Source: Adineta vaga
Lineage: Eukaryota; Animalia; Rotifera
Assembly: GCA_021613535.1 (NCBI GenBank)
Contig: CP075494.1
Span: 5,642,001 to 5,706,000, forward strand
DNA length: 64,000 nucleotides
Direction: 5' to 3'
The notes under the pieces are model-generated. The model saw nothing but the letters and a program-made list of their open reading frames with translations. It made no database searches and was not told where the DNA came from. The position numbers and the translations under genes were made by a program. This document shows positions 37,395-51,478 of this stretch, one piece after another (the first letter of the stretch is position 1; each line of letters begins with the position of its first letter).

Positions 37395-38710
37395 ATGGTG
37401 ATGATGTATTCACGTAACAAACCATTAAGCAATCGAAATATGTCGATTGGACATACATTACTTGTCTACTATCGAATATTTTTTTATTACTTATATTCTG
37501 GAAAAGGTATTGATGGATATTCATCGACAGAAATTGATCGACGTATATTAATTCATATTTATTCCCTTGTTCTTATGATTCGTTTATTTTCATTACGACA
37601 TTATCGAGCAAAATCGTATGGTGAAGATTTACGAGCGAACTTACGTAATGTTATTGTACCATTTACTGCTGTTCCATTATCAATATTTTGTTTAAATAAA
37701 TTCTTTTGTTTGTTTTTCCTCATATTTATCTATCCATTCTGGGCTGTGATTGGTTCAATTTATTTATCAATATATGATCCAAGCAAGAAAACGATCGATG
37801 AACATTTCTATGAACAATTATTAAAACCTAATTATTGGTTTGCAACATGGCGTATGAATTGTACAATTGTGGCTTATCATTCATATAAAAAATGGGAAGA
37901 AACTCAACAACAATATTCTATGGAAGATAAAGGTCGATTTTTAATCGAAGGAAGAAAATTAAATCTTCCCATAACACCTGTATTAGATATTCCACGTATT
38001 ATGATTAAACATAAATCAATCGAAGGTGGAATGGGAATTAATGTTTATAATAATTTTGTTATGTTAGTTTTTTGAATTCTTTATCATCTAGAAATATTTT
38101 ATTCGGTTGTTTTTTTTCTTCATTTAGAAATGATGGTGATTGGATTATTCAAAAAGTCTTTGAAAATAGTGATTTTATTCAACGTTTAGTTACATCAGAT
38201 GCACCATTATCAACTGTTCGAATTATAACTTCACGTGATGCATCAAGATCATCATCAATCAAAGTTAAAACAATGGTCTTTCGAGCTGGACGTATTCGAC
38301 AACAAACGGATCACAATGCTATTTTTTATAATATCGATTTCAATTCATCACATCGTCTTTCAAATGGAACAACGAATCGACATTGGTATCAAACAGGTTT
38401 GAAATCATTCGATACAACAAGTATGTGGCAAGGACAAAATTATTCTGTTCATCCAGATTCTCATGTTCAACTTGAAGGAATTAAATGGCCCAATGTCAAA
38501 GAGATGATTGAATGTGTTTGTCAAGCACATGAAAAATTATGTCCAGATGTACCAATTATTGGTTGGGATGTGGCTTGGACAAATGAAGATAATCAATTAA
38601 TGTTATTAGAATTGAATATTTCATGTAATTTCTTTAATGGACATTTTGATACAAAGGAATATACAAATTTCTGTTATGAATGGTTTCGTACACTCGATTA
38701 TTGTGAATAG
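37395..38710 (+). CDS. Membrane-anchored ATP-grasp fold protein (alpha-L-glutamate ligase / sugar-transfer-associated ATP-grasp-like), 2 exons, HGT candidate
   Basis: MEDKGRF, IKHKSIEGGMGI, WIIQKVFENS, STVRIIT, IIGWDVAWT and LLELNISC (ExN); N-terminal hydrophobic helices; intron about 38063-38127. Confidence 0.75.
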
Positions 38711-39778
38711 CTTAGATTTATCGCTATTCTTATCGATCAATATGCGTCATATGAAGTAGCAATGTTATTAAATCCGGTTATCAAATCTTTGATAAGACTT
38801 ATTTTTTTCCAGATATATTGAATGATGATATAATGTCGATCGTTTATTTTTGTAGTCCTTTTCGTTTCGTTTGTAAATCCTACATCTTTCGTTCTTATCT
38901 CTTTATTGTGTGTTACTATAAATTGATCTAAAATATCGGTTCGATTAACTAAAACCTTTGTATTTCTATCTTACACTCAAGGTACATAAAATATTTATAA
39001 TACCAAACGATATGACATTTAGCTTTTTTGCTTATGAGAATATTAAAATACCTCCATTTTTGTTTTCTTGCTAATAATCTTGATTGTTCCATTTTCTTCT
39101 ATCATTCTTTTCTTATTAACATGCGATTATTGCGGAGAACTATTTATAGAATGAATGAAGCGAGAAGTACCAGCGAGGCATTCATATGAACTTTCATAAA
39201 CGAATAGAAAAAAATTTGAAATATCACTTTCTCGACAATCGTCAGCAAATATGAATCTCGGGCAAAATGCGTACTTTTTGTAAATCAAAAGAACAAATAA
39301 AATGACGTATATTGATAATTTATAGCGTCAAGTTCTATAAGATGAGCAAATTCATTGTTAGCAATAATATTGCAAAAAGATAGTAAACTACTAGATAATA
39401 ATGAATTTTTCTTCAAACTATCACAATTTCAATAGATTCCATGTACCTCTATTTATAGTATCAAGAATATATTTTGATAATTTCTGTTCAAGTTCAACTA
39501 ATTCATCTACTGGAAGATAAAGCTGAAGCAATCTATTTTTAAAGATATGATGTTATCGTCACAGAGATCAAATTATAAGACTATACGGAATATATAGAAT
39601 GTCAATCATATTTAGTTTAGTGAAAACCTATGTACAAAACTTCATTTGATAAAATCTATAGATGTCTCTTTTAAATTGTTGGAGTATACTATATGAAATA
39701 CTTGTGAATGAAAATGGAGTCAAAACTAAAAGGTAAATGAAAATATTCCTTACGAATATGAATAATTTTTCATAATCA

Positions 39779-41114
39779 ATGAAGATACCAATTAGTCTTT
39801 TCTGTAGAACTCGATATCGATCACTATTGACCTTTTCTCGATTATTGTCCCGTACAGAACATGGAAAAATAGAAAAAGGAATTCGAGATAAGTTTAATGA
39901 ATATGAAGTTCGACTATATTTTAATGAATGGTTAAAAGCTTTATGGTAAGTTGGAATTTGAAATATTACAAAAGAATATATATGTATATTTTTTGTCAAA
40001 GAGGTTGGCACCTAATCAATGGGTTCATTCAACAAGAGATAGTTCAATTCGAGTTACTCGATATTTCATTCCATTTTGGAATATTACTCTTCAAGGTTCT
40101 GTTCAATGTTCTCTTAGTACAAAATCTAATCTTCCTTTTCGAGTATGAGAAAAAAGATTCGATAAATTAACTTAAAAATCATTTATTTCATTTTCTAGCA
40201 TGATGAAAATTATTATTCACATCGAGAATGGCATTCATTTCCTTTAGAAATTGAGAATATTCATTTCAACAATATTAATATCTATGGTTCCGACAAACTT
40301 GATAAATATCATGTACAAAAGTTAGATGTTTCTTTTGATGATGATCAATTAAGTGATTTAACAGATGAAGATCGAATTCTTGCAAAACCTACTATTGATA
40401 AAGACGAAGCATTACACAATGCGTGGATTCTTATTATCAAACCTCTCTTAGAAGATATGTGTCTTCGACAAACACAAGAGGTAGATAAGTACAAGATATT
40501 GTTTTTATTTTTTCATTTTAAATATCTAAACGATTTTCTTTCAAAGAAATATCCAAAATTCGAAAATCCACGAATCGATTCATTTCATTTAACAATCAAT
40601 TCAAAACAAGAACGTCTATTATATTATCCCATATATGTAATTAATTATACTTATGATTCCAAATTTATATATACGTGTTTATTTGATGGAGTTACTGGAC
40701 ATATAACTGGTGATAGACAATTTTCTACTATAAAAGTAATGTTAGCAACATTAGCAACATTTTATCCGATGTTAAAAATTGGAATATTCTCGTTTGGAAC
40801 GTTAGCAAATTTATTATTTGCATTTGAAATTGCTTCTGATCTTAGTTTTATAGTTTGTCTACCTATTGCAGCCATTGTTGCACCTTGTGTTGGATTGTAT
40901 GCACGTTCCTATGCGAAAAATTATAAACAAGAACTTAGTCAAATTCAATGGAAACAAGATCAATCGAAAGCATTGAAATTCACATATGATTCATTCAAAT
41001 CAATTGAAGAATCGAAGTTAGTTTTTTTTTCTCATTATCTCGTGGACATTCTATTCGAATTGTTTTAGAGAAAATGAAGATTCAAATATTAACAGTGATA
41101 AACAATCAATCTAA
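39779..41114 (+). CDS. Uncharacterised membrane protein resembling a bacterial conserved family, multi-exon
   Basis: Spliced product has FNEWLKALWLAP...YFIPFW and LLYYPIYVINYTY...FDGVTGHITGDRQFS followed by TM helices; TAA at 41112-41114; alternative start at 39662. Confidence 0.6.
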
Positions 41115-41242
41115 CGATTTGTGATTAAGATCATATTCTATTTGTTTTGTTTTGTGTATTGCATCAAATCTTTTCTCTCTTTATCCCAACAATATACGTA
41201 TATTTGCAAATGAAATCATTTTTGATTATTAGACAACGAAAC

Positions 41243-42788
41243 TTAATTTTCATGAATGATATTCAATGGTTTCAATGTATGCCAATGAACATGTGGTCGA
41301 TTTGGTGATGATAAAGCATCTGTCCAATGTTGAAAATTTTGTTGATTTTTTAATTCTGTTGAACCAAATTCAATGATTGATATTGATTTACTATGTGCAC
41401 TGATGAATGATCGTCGATAACATAATGTAATACGTATAGATGTTTTATGTAATGAAACATAATCTAAATGAAATGATGTACTAAACGTACAAATACCTTT
41501 TGTAATTGGAAATAATTTCGATTTTCTTTTTCCAGTTATTTTTCCATCGATAATTGTGGAAATTTTGATTTGAATTTGATCTAGATACAAATGAAAGAAT
41601 GTTCTTTTTTTTAAGAAATTAAAAATAATTTGAATACCTCGTTGCTGTAAATGACTAATGGGTTGTTTAAGAAGATATTGAATACCGAGAATTTTAATTA
41701 AACCAACATGAAGTAAACATCGATCATTTTCATAAACTAAACATATCAATGCACGTGTTTCGTTTTCAGTTTGATTCTTAAAAAGAAAGGAAAAAACAAA
41801 ATGATCAATCAAAAGCTTGTTCAATAATCCATCAGACCTGTTGACGAATAATCATATCAATTCGATCTTCATAGATTTGAATTAATTTTGTAAATTGTTC
41901 TGATATTGAAATATCGATTGGTGGTTGTTTCGATCGTATCATTAAATGATTATATTGATTCATTACTAAGACAGTTTGTCCTAATTCTACACGTTTCTCA
42001 TTTTTTTGTTGACCAAATAGATTTAATTTTAAATAACTTTTCTCAAGATTGAATTGATTCATATCGAAATGGAAAATTTCATCTAATGGATCTTTTTTTG
42101 ATAGATATTTCTTTGATTTATGTTTATCATCATTATTCATCAAACGAACTTGACATAGAAATGATTGAAAACATTGTTCAATCAATGGATGCATTGGTGT
42201 TATACGAACAATTTGAAAGAGAAGTTCATTCTCATCTGATGAATATGATAATTTATAAACCAATTCCATTCGAAAGATTTCCATTAATGAATATTCTATT
42301 GTCGATGTTACAGGTGCAAATGATTGAATATCGATATCATCGGAATCTGAAGGAACTATGGAGACATGTTCGGAATTGAAACTTTCTTGTTGGTATTTAG
42401 ATTTTATTGTTCCAAATGAATAGGATTGAGATTGAGGATGTCGATAGGTTGAACTTGAATAGGACGAATCTGATGAATCATTTTGACGAGATCGTTTTGC
42501 AAAATCAAATGTTTTATAATTGGGTGGTAATTCATTGAGAGATAAATGATTGGATGACGACGTTTCAATATTCGTATGTGATAAACTTGTTAATGGAAAA
42601 ACAGAACGATTCGGTGGTGAATTAATTAGATGTTGTTCAGTAATAACAACTTCTGTTTCTCTTCTAAGACGTAATCGATGTATGTATAGATAAACACCAA
42701 TGAATATAATGAATACAATAGCTAATAAAGTTACAGTAATTATTAGAGCTAAAGTATAAGGATGTATATATGGCAAAGAAGAAATCAT
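41243..42788 (-). CDS. Second divergent synaptotagmin-like protein (TM plus C2A and C2B), 2 exons
   Basis: N-terminal TM; C2A (LVYKLSYSSDENELLFQIVR...ELGQTVL); C2B (RALICLVY...LHVGLIK...QHWTDALSSPNRPHVHWHTL). Confidence 0.75.
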
Positions 42789-43843
42789 AGTTGTTATGAT
42801 ACTGTTCTATTGATTTAACTAATATTATTAGAATAATATGATTGATATATGTGATTTTGTGCAGCTGTTATTTTGAAATAACTTGAGTCAATAAAAATTA
42901 TATTGGAAACAAGTAAAAATATAGAAATGATGAAGTATCCGATTCAATTTTACATTTAATTTGGATTATACTACAATAGATTTCTTTTGTTAGATCCAAG
43001 CTCATATATTATTCAAAAAAATTAATATTGATTAACAATATTTTCAATTTATGAATGTTTTTTGGTGAGCAGACGTGTAATTCTTTGATAAAAGAACGAT
43101 AAAAGAAAAGATTAGGAAGGCTATGTCAAGATAATTTCTAACAACATATATTCTGTTGAGTAGAATTTATAAAAATCCGACGCTGCATATCTAAATGATG
43201 CTCATAGTGATAAGTAACAGTGTAGAGAGTCGATCGCTGATACATAATGACAAATTTGTTTTTAAGTTGACAATGAAAATTATGTCTTTTTTCTTTCTTC
43301 GTAGTTGACTTATTTAAAGAATATTCATAGTACACTTGACATTTTTTATAAATATACGGTCTTCCTTTTTGTTATTGTTCGCTTTTCCTCATCATAAAAG
43401 TAATGATTTTGTCAACGTGGCAAAGAGAAAATGACTCAGTTTTCAAACATCTACATACACACACTTCACTCTTCTATGTCTTACGTTCAGGTATTTTATT
43501 TTCGAAAACAATGTGAATTATTACCTGTATGAAACAAGAAACATGTCAAATAACAATTCATTCATTTCTCAATTATTATATCCAATAATTGAAAATGAAA
43601 TAAACGAATATATTATGATAACTAAATTGACACTAGTAAGTGACTAGCGACGTTTAACTAAGAACATTTTTCATTGGTTTCATATGTATACGTTGTATTG
43701 GTAAACCATGGATTAACTTGAAGGCTGATCTCTTTTCTCACTACGGAGTTTTGAAAACTAATCATAGCGGTTTTTTTCTAACGTAGACTGATAATTCAAA
43801 TTATCGAAAAGATTCTTCACAATCGTTGAATCATCATTTACAA

Positions 43844-46800
43844 ATGTCAACACCATTTGATCCACCAAAAAATGCTATTTACATCATTCTTGGAGAAATT
43901 CAAGCCTTAACATCATTGAAAAAGAGCAATACGCGATGGTCATCGAATCAATCCTATGAAGTAAATCAATTTTTTTTTCATGAAAATATAACAAATATTG
44001 TTTTATTCTAGGAATCTCCTGAAATTAATTCGTTTCAAAAATTAAAAACAACTTTAAATTCAATTTCTGGTAAATAAATAGAACATCAAATATCAATCAT
44101 GTCTTCATTCATTTTCTCTAGATCTTCATGATATTGATTCAATAATATTCTTAACACCATTTCTTGATATCATTCGTTCCGATGAAATTTCCGGTCCAAT
44201 GACTTGTTTAGCATTAAATGCAGTGAATAAATTTCTTTCATATGGTTTAATTGGTAACTATTCTTTTTCTTTCTACAAAATCAACATTAATTCTTATATT
44301 TTGTTTTCATACAAAAAACAAAAGATACTCTAAGTGAATCGGCAGCATCAACTATTGATAAAGTTGCAAATGCTGTTACACATACACGTTTTGTTGGAAC
44401 AAATCCAAATGATGATGAAGTTGTCTTGATGAGAATTTTACAAGTAAAATAGTTTTCATTTCATAATAAAAATGCATTTTATATAAATGATATGAATAGG
44501 TTCTTCGTTCATTATTATTAAGTCCAGTTGGATCACAAATGACGAATGATGCTGTTTGTGAAATTCTGCAATCTTGTTTTCGAATCTGTTTTGAAACAAG
44601 ATTATCTGGTAAGATGAATAATTTTCTTTATTATTTACAATTGTTTATCTATTGGATTAGAATTATTACGTAAAACATCTGAACATGTTTTAATTGATAT
44701 GGTTCAATTATTATTTGCTCGTTTACCACAATTTAAAGACGATGTAACATCTGTATCATCAACAAAACTAGTCAAAGACCTTTCGACATCATCAACGACG
44801 AAAACTTCATCAACATATGTAAGATTTACAATCTATTTTAAAATTAATCATATCCTTTTTTTTCATACTATTTCAGTTATTGGAAAATGACGATAATACT
44901 CGTCCAACGGCAATCGATAGTGCAACAAATGCTATACCATCAACGAATATATCTCCGCCAACTAATGAAAATGAATCTGAATCATCATTATCATCGTCTG
45001 AAAAAGTTCTTACTGTTATAATTCCATCATTCGATGAAACAGCATCAATTATTCAAACTAAATCTGAATCACAAGAAACAACAGAACCACAAACATCTTC
45101 CATTACCAATGAATTTATTAATCCAAGAGGAATTCGATTCACAACAGCATCACCAACAAATGAAATTGTTAATAGTACAGGTATAATCAACTTGATTTCA
45201 TCGAATGAACAAAAACAAAAAACACACGTCCTTTTTATCGTATTTAGATGCATTAAACCCATATGGTTGGCCTTGTGTTCGTGGTCTTTTTCGTTTTCTC
45301 ACTACACTTGTTAATAATTACGATAAGTCTGTATCTTCACTTATGTTCTTCTTGAAATAATTGTCTTTATTTGTTAATAGAAATAATACAGAATATATGA
45401 TAACAGTTGGTTTAAATCTTCTAACTGTTGCTTTAGAAGTTGGTGCAGATTATCTTGCCAATTATCCATTATTACTTTCAATTGTCAAAGATTCTCTCTG
45501 CCGTAATTTAATTAGTGTATGTATTATTCAAATACGTTCTATTTCTTAACAAAAAACAAAACAAACTTTCTATTTTTTTCTAGATGTTAAATTCTACTAA
45601 AATTCAATTATTTTCTGCATCACTTCGTGTTACATTTCTTGTCTTTGAAAGTCTACGTACTCATTTGAAATGTCATTTTGAAGTATGAATATACAGTTAA
45701 TATAGAATGTATTTCTTAATTTCTTTTCTATCTAGTTTTTAATTACGCGTTTAATGGAATTAATCGTTTCTGAACAATCAAAAATATCTTATGAACAAAA
45801 AGAAATTGTACTTGAAACAGTCGTTCAACTTTTGCGTATTCCTGGTCTTCCAGCTGAATTATATCTAAATTATGATTGTGATTTGTATAGTACAAATCTA
45901 TTTGAAGAATTAACAAAAATGTTATCGAAAAATGCCTTTCCTGTCGCTGGATTAACAACTACTCATATTCTTTCTCTCGATGCACTTCTATCCGTTATTG
46001 ATCATATTGAACTTGAATGTCAATATCAAGTTCAACGACAGAAAAATGATTGTATGTTCATTTTATTCTCATTTTGTTCTTCAAAATATTTACTCTGTTT
46101 CTTCTAGCAACAAGTCAATCATTAACACGTCCTGTTCCATGTGGTTATGCACTTGCACTTTCTTTACAAAATCTGGATATGAATCGTTCTTTTACATCAT
46201 CAGAAACTCGTCATGGTTCACGAATTCGACAAAATCGTATGACCATATCTTCACATTTACCTTCACAAGATGATCTGAAAAAAATGAAGCAAGATAAAAA
46301 GGTTTTATCTTAATTTCGTATGAAATTGATTTACATTGATGTCTTTCATATGTCTAGTTATTACGACAAGGTTCAGAATTATTCAATCAAAGTGCTTCAT
46401 CTGGAATAAAATTTCTTCAAGAAAATAATCTACTCTCGATTCCATTAGATACAAATGAAATTGTTAAATTTCTTAAAGATAATCCATTATTAGACAAGAA
46501 AATCATTGGAGAATATTTATCAAATAGAAAAAATGTTCATATACTCGAACAATATGTCAGGTAGATCTAATTATTTCTTCATTAATTTGATTTAATTTAA
46601 TTTCTTTTAGAACATTCACTTTTGAAGACATGCGAATCGATGAAGCACTTCGAATTTATCTTTCAGAATTTCGTTTACCTGGTGAAGCACCTTTAATCAG
46701 TACTCTACTCGAACATTTCGCTACACATTGGAGAGTAAGTTTTTCTTATTAAAATTTCATAATCTTCTAAATGATCTCATTTATGTAGAATTGTAATAAT

Positions 46801-49800
46801 CAATTACTTGCCAATGATGATGCAGCATTTGGCTTAGCCTATGCATGTATTATGCTCAATGTAAGTGTCTGACTGATCATTATACGTCGATTAGCTTCTA
46901 TTCACTTTAGACTGATCAACATAATACAAATGTTCGTCGTCAAAGTTCACCGATGACATGTGAAGTAAAGATTTGTTACTATTGAAAAGAGATGAATTAA
47001 TTCGATCTATTTTTTCCTAAATAGGATTTCAAACGAAATTTATCCAAAATGAATAATAATGAAAATTTTGATGATGGAATGTTAACTGAAATTTATAATG
47101 CAATTAAATCTGATGAAATCGTTATGCCAGCTGAACATACTGGTCGTGTTCGAGAATCATATTTATGGAAATTAATGTTGAAACGTTCAACTTCCATTGG
47201 TGATAAATTTCTTCATGTACCAACAGGATCTTATAATTATGATATATTTACTTTGTTATGGGGACAAACAATGGCTGCTTTATCATTTGTTTTCGAAAAA
47301 TCAAATTATGATTTAGTAATTGAAAAATCAATACAAGGATTTAATAAATGTGCAAGAATTGCTGCCCATTATTATATGTCGGATGTATTTGATAATTTAG
47401 TTATATCATTATGTAAATTTACAACTTTATTGAATAATCGAGAGGTAAAATTTGTTCTTTTTCGTCAATCGATTTTGATATGATCGTTTTTAGTGGATTG
47501 AAAATTTACCAATACAATTTGGATTGAATCGAAAAGCTCGTCTTGCTGCTACTGTCGTTTTTAATATTGCACATGTTCATGGAGATATTTTACGAGATGG
47601 ATGGAAAAATATTCTTGAATGTATCATTCATTTATATAAAGCAAAATTGTTACCAGCAAATCTTGTCGAAGTTGAAGATTTTCTTGATCCAACTGGAAGA
47701 ACAAAACTTATTAAAGAACAGATCATACAAGCACCAAAGTAATCTAATCTCATTAAATATTGATCGAAAACTTTTTCTTCTAGAACTGATATTGGAATAT
47801 TTTCTTCACTTGCATTTTTTCTTGGTGGTGGTGGTTCAAATGATTCAACGTTATCTTCTGGTAAACAACCAACACCTGAAGAACAAGAAGCAATTAAAGT
47901 TGCAACGACTTGTATTGAAGAATGTCATTTAGAACAATTATTACAAGAAACAAAATTTTTAATTATTGATTCTTTAAATGAACTATTAAAAGCATTGATT
48001 TATGCTTGTCAAACTCCACCAGATTCACCAAAACTTGAACAAGATGCTTCTGTCTTTTCTCTAGAATTACTTGTTAAAATTGTTCTACAAAATCGTGATC
48101 GTGTAACAGTCTTTTGGCCAACTATTCGACATCAATTATATTCAATACTTGTTAATGCAAATGAAAAATCCTTCTTTGTTGAACGCACTTGTATTGGTTT
48201 ATTAAGAATTGCTGCACGACTTTTACGTCGAGAAGAACTAGCTTCTGAAGTAAGACAATTAAACCTAATTCATATTTATCTTCTTTCTTTCTTCCTCTTA
48301 GGTAATGAATTCTCTTCGAATTCTTCTACTGATGAAGCCACATGTTCTTCATGGATTGTCTTCTGAGATCGCGTATGGTCTACATGAACTACTTCGAACC
48401 AATGCAGCAAATATTCATAAATCTGATGATTGGTTTATTTTATTTTCTTTGCTCGAAGTTGTTGGCGCATCCGTACATCCATCACCTTTACTTCAATCAC
48501 CAACGCCGAATCTTCTTACAAATAAACATGTTCATCATAGTCATTCAACGATCAATATTGATTCTGATACTGAATGTTCTGATTGTGCATCGACAGATAA
48601 AGGTTACACAAGTGATTCGGAAATTTATCGTCGTTCCGAATATATTGTTGTATCACATAATGATTTTGATACTAATCGACAACAATTTCGACATGATCGT
48701 CGAGCATTAAATAAATCATGTGAAATCTTATCATTTCTTATTCGTGATGTTGCTTATGTGACAGAGGATAATTTTGAATATTGTATACATTGTATTCGTA
48801 CATTTATTGAAGTAACTATTCTTCAACAAACAAGTAAACAAACAAATAAATCAACAAATAATAATAATAATAATAATCGAAATGTAAAACAAATTCGTAA
48901 AGTTACATCAGCAAATTCTTTATCGAATGAAAATTTAAATGAACAAACAAACAATCAACTAAAACAATCACGGTCTGATTATGATGATAATAATGATGAT
49001 GATGATGAAGAATTCATTAAACAAGAATATCAAACATTATCGTTACAATTGCTCGATTTAATGCATATATTATATATGAGTGCATCACAAATTTATAAAC
49101 AAATACCACCTGATCAATCAGCTTCGACGATTTTATGGTCGAAATGTTGGTGTTCAATTTTACAAGGTATGTTCTTTTCTTAGATGTAGTTACTTGTAAC
49201 TGATTTGTTTATTTAGGTATTGCACGTCTCTGTTGTGATCCACGTCGAACAGTTCGTACCTCAGCACTTGGTTATCTTCAACGATGTGTTCTTTTACCTG
49301 AACTTCATATACTTTCACCATTAGAATGGGAATCTGTATTTAATAAAGTATTATTTCCATTATTACTACAATTATTAGAAACAAGTAATATTAATGATCA
49401 AATCTATGGAATCGAAGAAACTCGTGTACGAGTTTCACAATTACTCTGTCGAATATTTCTTCAACATTTGACACCATTATTAACTTTATCAACATTTATA
49501 ACTATTTGGATGACAATCTTAGATTTTATGGATAAATATTCTAAAATCGATCAAACCGATATGTTGGTAAGAGAATCTTATTTCAATAAAAAATGAAAAA
49601 CAAAACCCACAAAATAAATTCCTATTTCAGCGTGAATCAATTCGTGAATCATTAAAAAATATGTTATTAGTCATGAATACAAGTGGTTTATTTGAACCTG
49701 ATCAACCTTTAACAATAATTACAAAAGATCGAATACATACTTTTCTACCTGGTCTTTGGGAAGAAGTTTTCAAAATATCCACACCATCACCTCTTCCATC

Positions 49801-50139
49801 TCCAACTGTCGAAGTAATTTGTCTTCAATAAAATTCTTATTCTTTTCCTAATTCGATTCTAGACTGCTGTATCATTTATACCGAACAGTGAAATGAACAA
49901 ACCAGTGAATGAATCTCCAACATTACCAACACCGAGTAAATCTAAAATCTTTTCTCTATATGAAATTTTCGTCTATATAATATTCTTTTAGATGAAACAA
50001 TAACAAGCGAACCGACTACCGCAACGAATGTAAGTAATTTATTTATTCTTGTACATGTTTCTTTGGAATTAAATTCAGTCGAGAATTCACTGAGTTCGTG
50101 CATGATTTCTTATAGGTTTCTCCCTGTTCTACATCTTGA
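43844..50139 (+). CDS. GBF1: Golgi-specific brefeldin A-resistance Arf-GEF 1 (Sec7 domain), about 25 exons
   Basis: DCB ([11 protein letters not shown]...[11 protein letters not shown]), HUS box ([11 protein letters not shown]), Sec7 [10 protein letters not shown] with the glutamate finger and IMLNTDQHN, HDS domains ([11 protein letters not shown]; [10 protein letters not shown]); last small exons less certain. Confidence 0.93.
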
Positions 50140-50771
50140 ACTTTTGATTGATGTTAATTTTATTCTATTATTTTCTAAAGGTTAGAGATACACTCATATA
50201 TTAATCCAACTTAGGCTTTTATACGTATAGATATCTTTGCATGCTTCTATCTATTGAATAGTTGTTCTGATGAAATTTGCATGAAACATTTCATCAATCT
50301 TCTCTTTTCTGTACTTATAAGAAAGTTAGAAAGATTTTATCTTATTAATTCATTTTCTTTTCATAATGCAAGAAAATATTCTCAAATAACGAATTGTTTA
50401 TTTAGACTCGATTTTTACCAGCTCAAGTTCAAACTCTATAAGCATCGTCTGGATCACATTTCTTTTGATGGTTGTGTTCATTTGGAATTCACAAAAGACA
50501 ATTAATTTATATTTATTTTTCTTTTTATGAAATTCTTGTTCGTTGGATTTTAGTATTTTGTTTCTTTTCTTGTTCATTTAGTTTCTCTTTTCTTTTCATA
50601 AAAATTTCTCGTCAAGCTATTGGCTTGAGTAAATGAATACAAAGCAACATTTTTCTAATTAATCAATGAAATAATAAACTGTTGTATATCATTACGACCA
50701 GAAATAACATTCAAGTACATTTATAATAAGACTATTTCTTCTTTGGTAACTCTATATCTAGGTCAATCTTT

Positions 50772-50774
<3 letters not shown>

Positions 50775-50801
<27 letters not shown>
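50775..50801. repeat. (CT)n microsatellite
   Basis: Perfect CT run upstream of the glyoxalase gene. Confidence 0.85.
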
Positions 50802-50806
<5 letters not shown>

Positions 50807-51010
50807 TTTCTTATTGTCCAAGAGAATCGTTTAGAATTCTCGATTGACAGTTCGTTTAGTGTGTAGACGTATATCTCGATCGAGGGCTTTATCAAAATGG
50901 TAAATTTTCTTTTCGTAAAACGAAGAGAAAATTTGAAATTTGTATTTTCCTCTTCTTTGATTCATTACAACTGGACATCTGCAAACACACATCTATTCTT
51001 TTCTTTAGAT

Positions 51011-51478
51011 ATGTCTCTCGATCACGTTGCTATTCTAACATTTGATTATCATAAAGCAGTTTCATTCTATGAAACAGTTCTTGCAACTTTGGGTTATAAA
51101 AGATTAATAACTATCGAAGGCGACAAAGCTGTTGGTTTTGGTAGTCGATTTCCATCATTTTGGATTGGTCCTGCCAAAAGTACTATTGATAAAAACAGCC
51201 CTCAAGTTGGAAGTCATATTGCTTTTGTGGCTAAATCTCGTCGTCAAGTTGATGAATTCTATCAAGTTGCATTGAAAAATGGTGCTAAAGATAATGGACC
51301 ACCCGGTGTTCGTCCACAATATCATCGATTCTATTATGGTGCTTTTGTTATTGATGCTGATGGAAATAATGTTGAAGCTGTTAATCATTTCGATTGGCGA
51401 GTATATATTGGATGGAAAACAATGATATCACCATTTTTATTGGTTTTAGTCGGTGTAATTATGAAGAAATTTTTTTAA
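51011..51478 (+). CDS. VOC-family glyoxalase / bleomycin-resistance-like protein with a C-terminal hydrophobic tail, HGT candidate
   Basis: MSLDHVAI...FYETVL..LGY...HIAFVA.SR.QVDEFY..AL.NGAKDNGPPGVRPQYH..YYGAFVID.DGNNVEAV is a typical bacterial/fungal VOC subfamily pattern. Confidence 0.9.
   Translation: MSLDHVAILTFDYHKAVSFYETVLATLGYKRLITIEGDKAVGFGSRFPSFWIGPAKSTIDKNSPQVGSHIAFVAKSRRQVDEFYQVALKNGAKDNGPPGVRPQYHRFYYGAFVIDADGNNVEAVNHFDWRVYIGWKTMISPFLLVLVGVIMKKFF

Noticed and set aside
39628-40011. 127-aa minus-strand ORF
   Set aside because: It is antisense to a better-supported spliced plus-strand gene.
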